Part shown: positions 49,182 to 49,537 of the stretch, piece after piece
Numbering within the stretch: the first letter of the stretch is position 1
How the letters are laid out: each line of letters opens with the position of its first letter
DNA from: Chromera velia
Lineage: Eukaryota
Assembly: GCA_018398765.1 (NCBI GenBank)
Contig: JAHBMJ010000358.1
Coordinates: forward strand, 1-49,537
Reading direction: 5' to 3'
DNA length: 49,537 nt
Program-made: the position numbers and the translations under genes
Notes under the pieces: generated by a model
What the model saw: only the letters and a program-made list of their open reading frames with translations
Told to the model about the DNA's origin: nothing
The model's database searches: none

Positions 49182-49537
49182 CTGCAATCAGCCAGTCAGT
49201 GAGCCATGAGACAGACGAAGGGGCGTTATTTGACTTGAAGAGAAAAGCAAATGATGGAGGGCAGGACATGACGAATCAAAAAGAAGTATGGGAAGTTCCA
49301 AGAGCGAAAAAGATGGAGGAAGAGACACAAGGGGAGGACCAAAACAGAAACAGGGAGCACCCATAGCGGCAACAAGAGGCAGGAAAACAAGTTGGAAGGC
49401 AAAGCAACACGCATAGAGATACTCGAAAACTGACGTCCGAGAGCTCCCATTCGTCTCTCTTTGCCACGTCTTGCTGCCCGTCTGTCTGTCTGTCTGTCTG
49501 TCTATCTGTCTACGGCTGTCTACCTTTCTGCCTCTTT

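Overview
Eukaryotic nuclear DNA: GC-rich spliced genes, GT-AG introns full of (GT)n/(CT)n microsatellites, AT-rich intergenic troughs and assembly gaps. The style suggests an alveolate protist such as a chromerid (inference only). Genes, with exons assembled by hand: a guanylate kinase 5' exon (-), a Rad5/HLTF-type HIRAN-SNF2-RING helicase (+), a 4-exon type-1 microbial rhodopsin with a signal peptide and a QTQ/TCP helix-C motif (-), a tail-anchored GNAT acetyltransferase (+), an OTU deubiquitinase (-), CDC5L/CEF1 (+), an N-acylated ARM-like protein (-), a ~1540-aa NLR-like STAND protein (+) and the 3' exons of a MAP kinase (-). Mobile DNA: a decayed 9.2-kb Ty1/copia element with non-canonical CG...CG LTR ends and a CATAG TSD, a 1.76-kb TIR element nested in its gag, and a possible 1.3-kb hAT-like element. 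The best candidate for an undescribed system is the NLR-like gene. It fuses a diadenylate-cyclase (DisA_N/DAC)-like N-terminal domain (DGA motif kept, RHR motif lost) to NB-ARC and a long helical region, and it sits head-to-head with the acylated ARM gene. The channelrhodopsin-like rhodopsin is the second highlight.
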